NCBI GenBank assembly: GCA_013239625.1
Contig: MU056703.1
Coordinates: 2,593,185-2,657,184 of the forward strand
Length of the DNA stretch: 64,000 nt
Source: Lama guanicoe
Taxonomy: Eukaryota
Reading direction: 5' to 3'
Shown: positions 62,287-64,000 of the stretch, piece by piece
How positions within the stretch are numbered: position 1 is the stretch's first letter
How the letters are laid out: the number at the start of each line of letters is the position of its first letter
Made by a program: the position numbers and the translations under genes
Notes under the pieces: model-generated
Databases searched by the model: none
The model's input: the letters and a program-made list of their open reading frames with translations, nothing else
Told to the model about the DNA's origin: nothing

Positions 62287-62765
62287 GGTTCCCTGTTTTT
62301 TGATGTTACATGCTTTCCCTCCTGGTTTGTTTCTCTCGTGTTGTTTTATTACAACGTATTTACAAAAGTATGCAGACCAGGTGAAAGGGAAAAATAAATC
62401 ATAAAACTCTTCAACATTTTTCGAGGCTGCTTTTTAGAAACAGTCACTTCATTTGAATAAATACAAGGAAGCTCACACAGCTCTGTCCGTTGGCTGTGTT
62501 CGGTTTGAAAGCCCCCAGGCAGTCTGCTCTAATGGAGCTCTCCATAGGCCGTGCTTAGTTGTTTGCTCAGCCATGAGCTTGCTCTCCCGCCTTCTTTTCA
62601 GTAAACTCTGTGGCTCCAGTGTCCCCTAGAAACCCGAATGCCTCGTTATCGCAGGCCAGGGCACTTTCAGTAGCTCGGGACGTGGTCTGCTGAGCTATAA
62701 TAGTCGTTCCTGCCCTGGCCACCACTCGAGTTACCTTATCCAGTTGTGTTTTGCTTCCTCACCAG

Positions 62766-62940
62766 ATCTGGGTTCACAGTGCCCACAACGCCAGTGGTTA
62801 TTTCACTATTTATGGAGATGAATCCCTCCAGTCAGATCACTTCAACTCAAGATTAAGTTTTGGAGACACACAGACAGTCTGGGCACGAACAGGCTATTTG
62901 GGGTTCCTGCGGAGAACTGAACTCACTGATGCAAATGGAG
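62766..62940 (+). CDS. DIP2C: DIP2C coding exon (~35), IWVHSAHNASGYFTIYGDESLQSDHFNSRLSFGDTQTVWARTGYLGFLRRTELTDANG
   Basis: caccag acceptor, gtgaga donor, 175 nt; within ORF 62751..63170. The gene continues beyond the window. Confidence 0.96.
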
Positions 62941-64000
62941 GTGAGAGTCCAGACAGGCTGCGGAAAGGTCCCCAGACCCTGGTAATCCATCTGGGGTTTG
63001 GGGTTCCCTTCCCAAGCTCTGGGCCTGGCCCGTGTCCACGGAGGAGCGGCAGCTCGGAGGAGCTGGCACCAGGCACAGGTGGTACTTGGAGCAGAAAGTC
63101 TTTGCTGATTCTGGAATCCCTTCTCCACTCCTTATTCTACCAAAAGCAGAGGCAAGACTTGGGTATTTGACAGGAATGGGGGCTGAGGTTTCTTGGTGAG
63201 ACCCGCCATACCCGAACCCCAGGAGACGAGCTTCTAGACGTCAGAGAGGCCCCCTGACCCACCTGCGAGGGGGCGGCTGCACTAACCTGGCCGAACCGGC
63301 ATGAATTTAGGGGAAAGGTACAGAAACATTCAGGCATTTCCAATCTGGAAAAGTCGTGGACTGTTTTATTTGAGGTTTCTGTCACGGCTCCTTGAAGAAC
63401 CAAGCTTGGAGACACCCAGACCCCCCAGGAGACAGGGCAGGTCTCGTCCTGCAGAGCCCAGTGGCTGGACCGGTGGGCTCCCCGCCGCCACCCTGGTCAG
63501 AAGCCAGCAAGTAAACGCCTCCATCTCATCTGACTTCAACTGGAAAATATTTATTTTCTGGTGTTTTCTATGCCGGTCACTTCTCCCAGCCCCGCCCTGC
63601 CACACTCACCACCGTGAAGAGTAAGGAAAGACGTTCAGACTGCATGTTGTCATTACCCCAAGTCTGAACGACTGATGAGAATCAGCGTGACAGCCGCACG
63701 AGCTCAGGGAAGCTTTGTGCTCGCACATTCTTGGGGACTGCGCGCTCTTTTCCCGCTCAGACTTAAGGCCTCGTGTGACGGAAGCAGAGGGGTGGGCGGA
63801 GTCTTGGCTGCACCGTGTCTTCAGCCTGTGACCCTGGGGTGCGGGGCCACTGAGGGGTGGCTGGTGGCAGCCGACAGCAGCACGGGGGACGGGGACGTGC
63901 AGGTGGAGCCAGGGCCCAGGGCCTGCTCCTGCAAGCCTCAGGCTGTAGGGGCCCTGGTGGGGGGACGCCGTGTCCGAGCTCAGCCGTCTTCTCTTTGCGT

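Noticed and set aside
302-63624. Hundreds of 60-250 aa ORFs in the six-frame track
   Set aside because: Expected in GC-rich intronic DNA, many with GTG/TTG starts. Only those overlapping DIP2C exons or L1/Tigger remnants resemble known proteins.

Overview
Mammalian genomic DNA, not prokaryotic. It is probably camelid, judging by a Vic-1-like tRNA-derived SINE and young L1 3' ends. The whole window lies inside DIP2C (disco-interacting protein 2 homolog C) on the + strand. I traced 22 consecutive GT-AG coding exons between 1387 and 62940 (2,697 nt, about 899 codons, phases compatible, no stops). They correspond roughly to human exons 14-35 (numbering from recall) and encode the C-terminal part of FAAL-like domain 1 and most of FAAL-like domain 2. 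The 5' and 3' ends of the gene lie outside the window. The introns hold old L1, L2, MIR and MaLR fragments, a near full-length Tigger1 with a nested SINE, two younger truncated L1s with target-site duplications, a 40-bp minisatellite and three N gaps. The most interesting signal is a frame-preserving 30-nt cassette microexon (49353-49382, PHRLWTLAEQ) in the 12-kb intron. It has a 206-nt AG-free zone with a candidate distal branch point, a UGC motif near the acceptor, and downstream YCAY and UGCAUG elements, and it would insert into the FAAL-specific-insertion region of domain 2. Other observations are a recursive-splice-type motif at exon 24702, a G-quadruplex before exon 12831, loss of the RTGD aspartate in both adenylation-like domains, and signs of GC-biased substitution. 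Apart from DIP2C exon pieces and transposon remnants, the six-frame ORFs look spurious.
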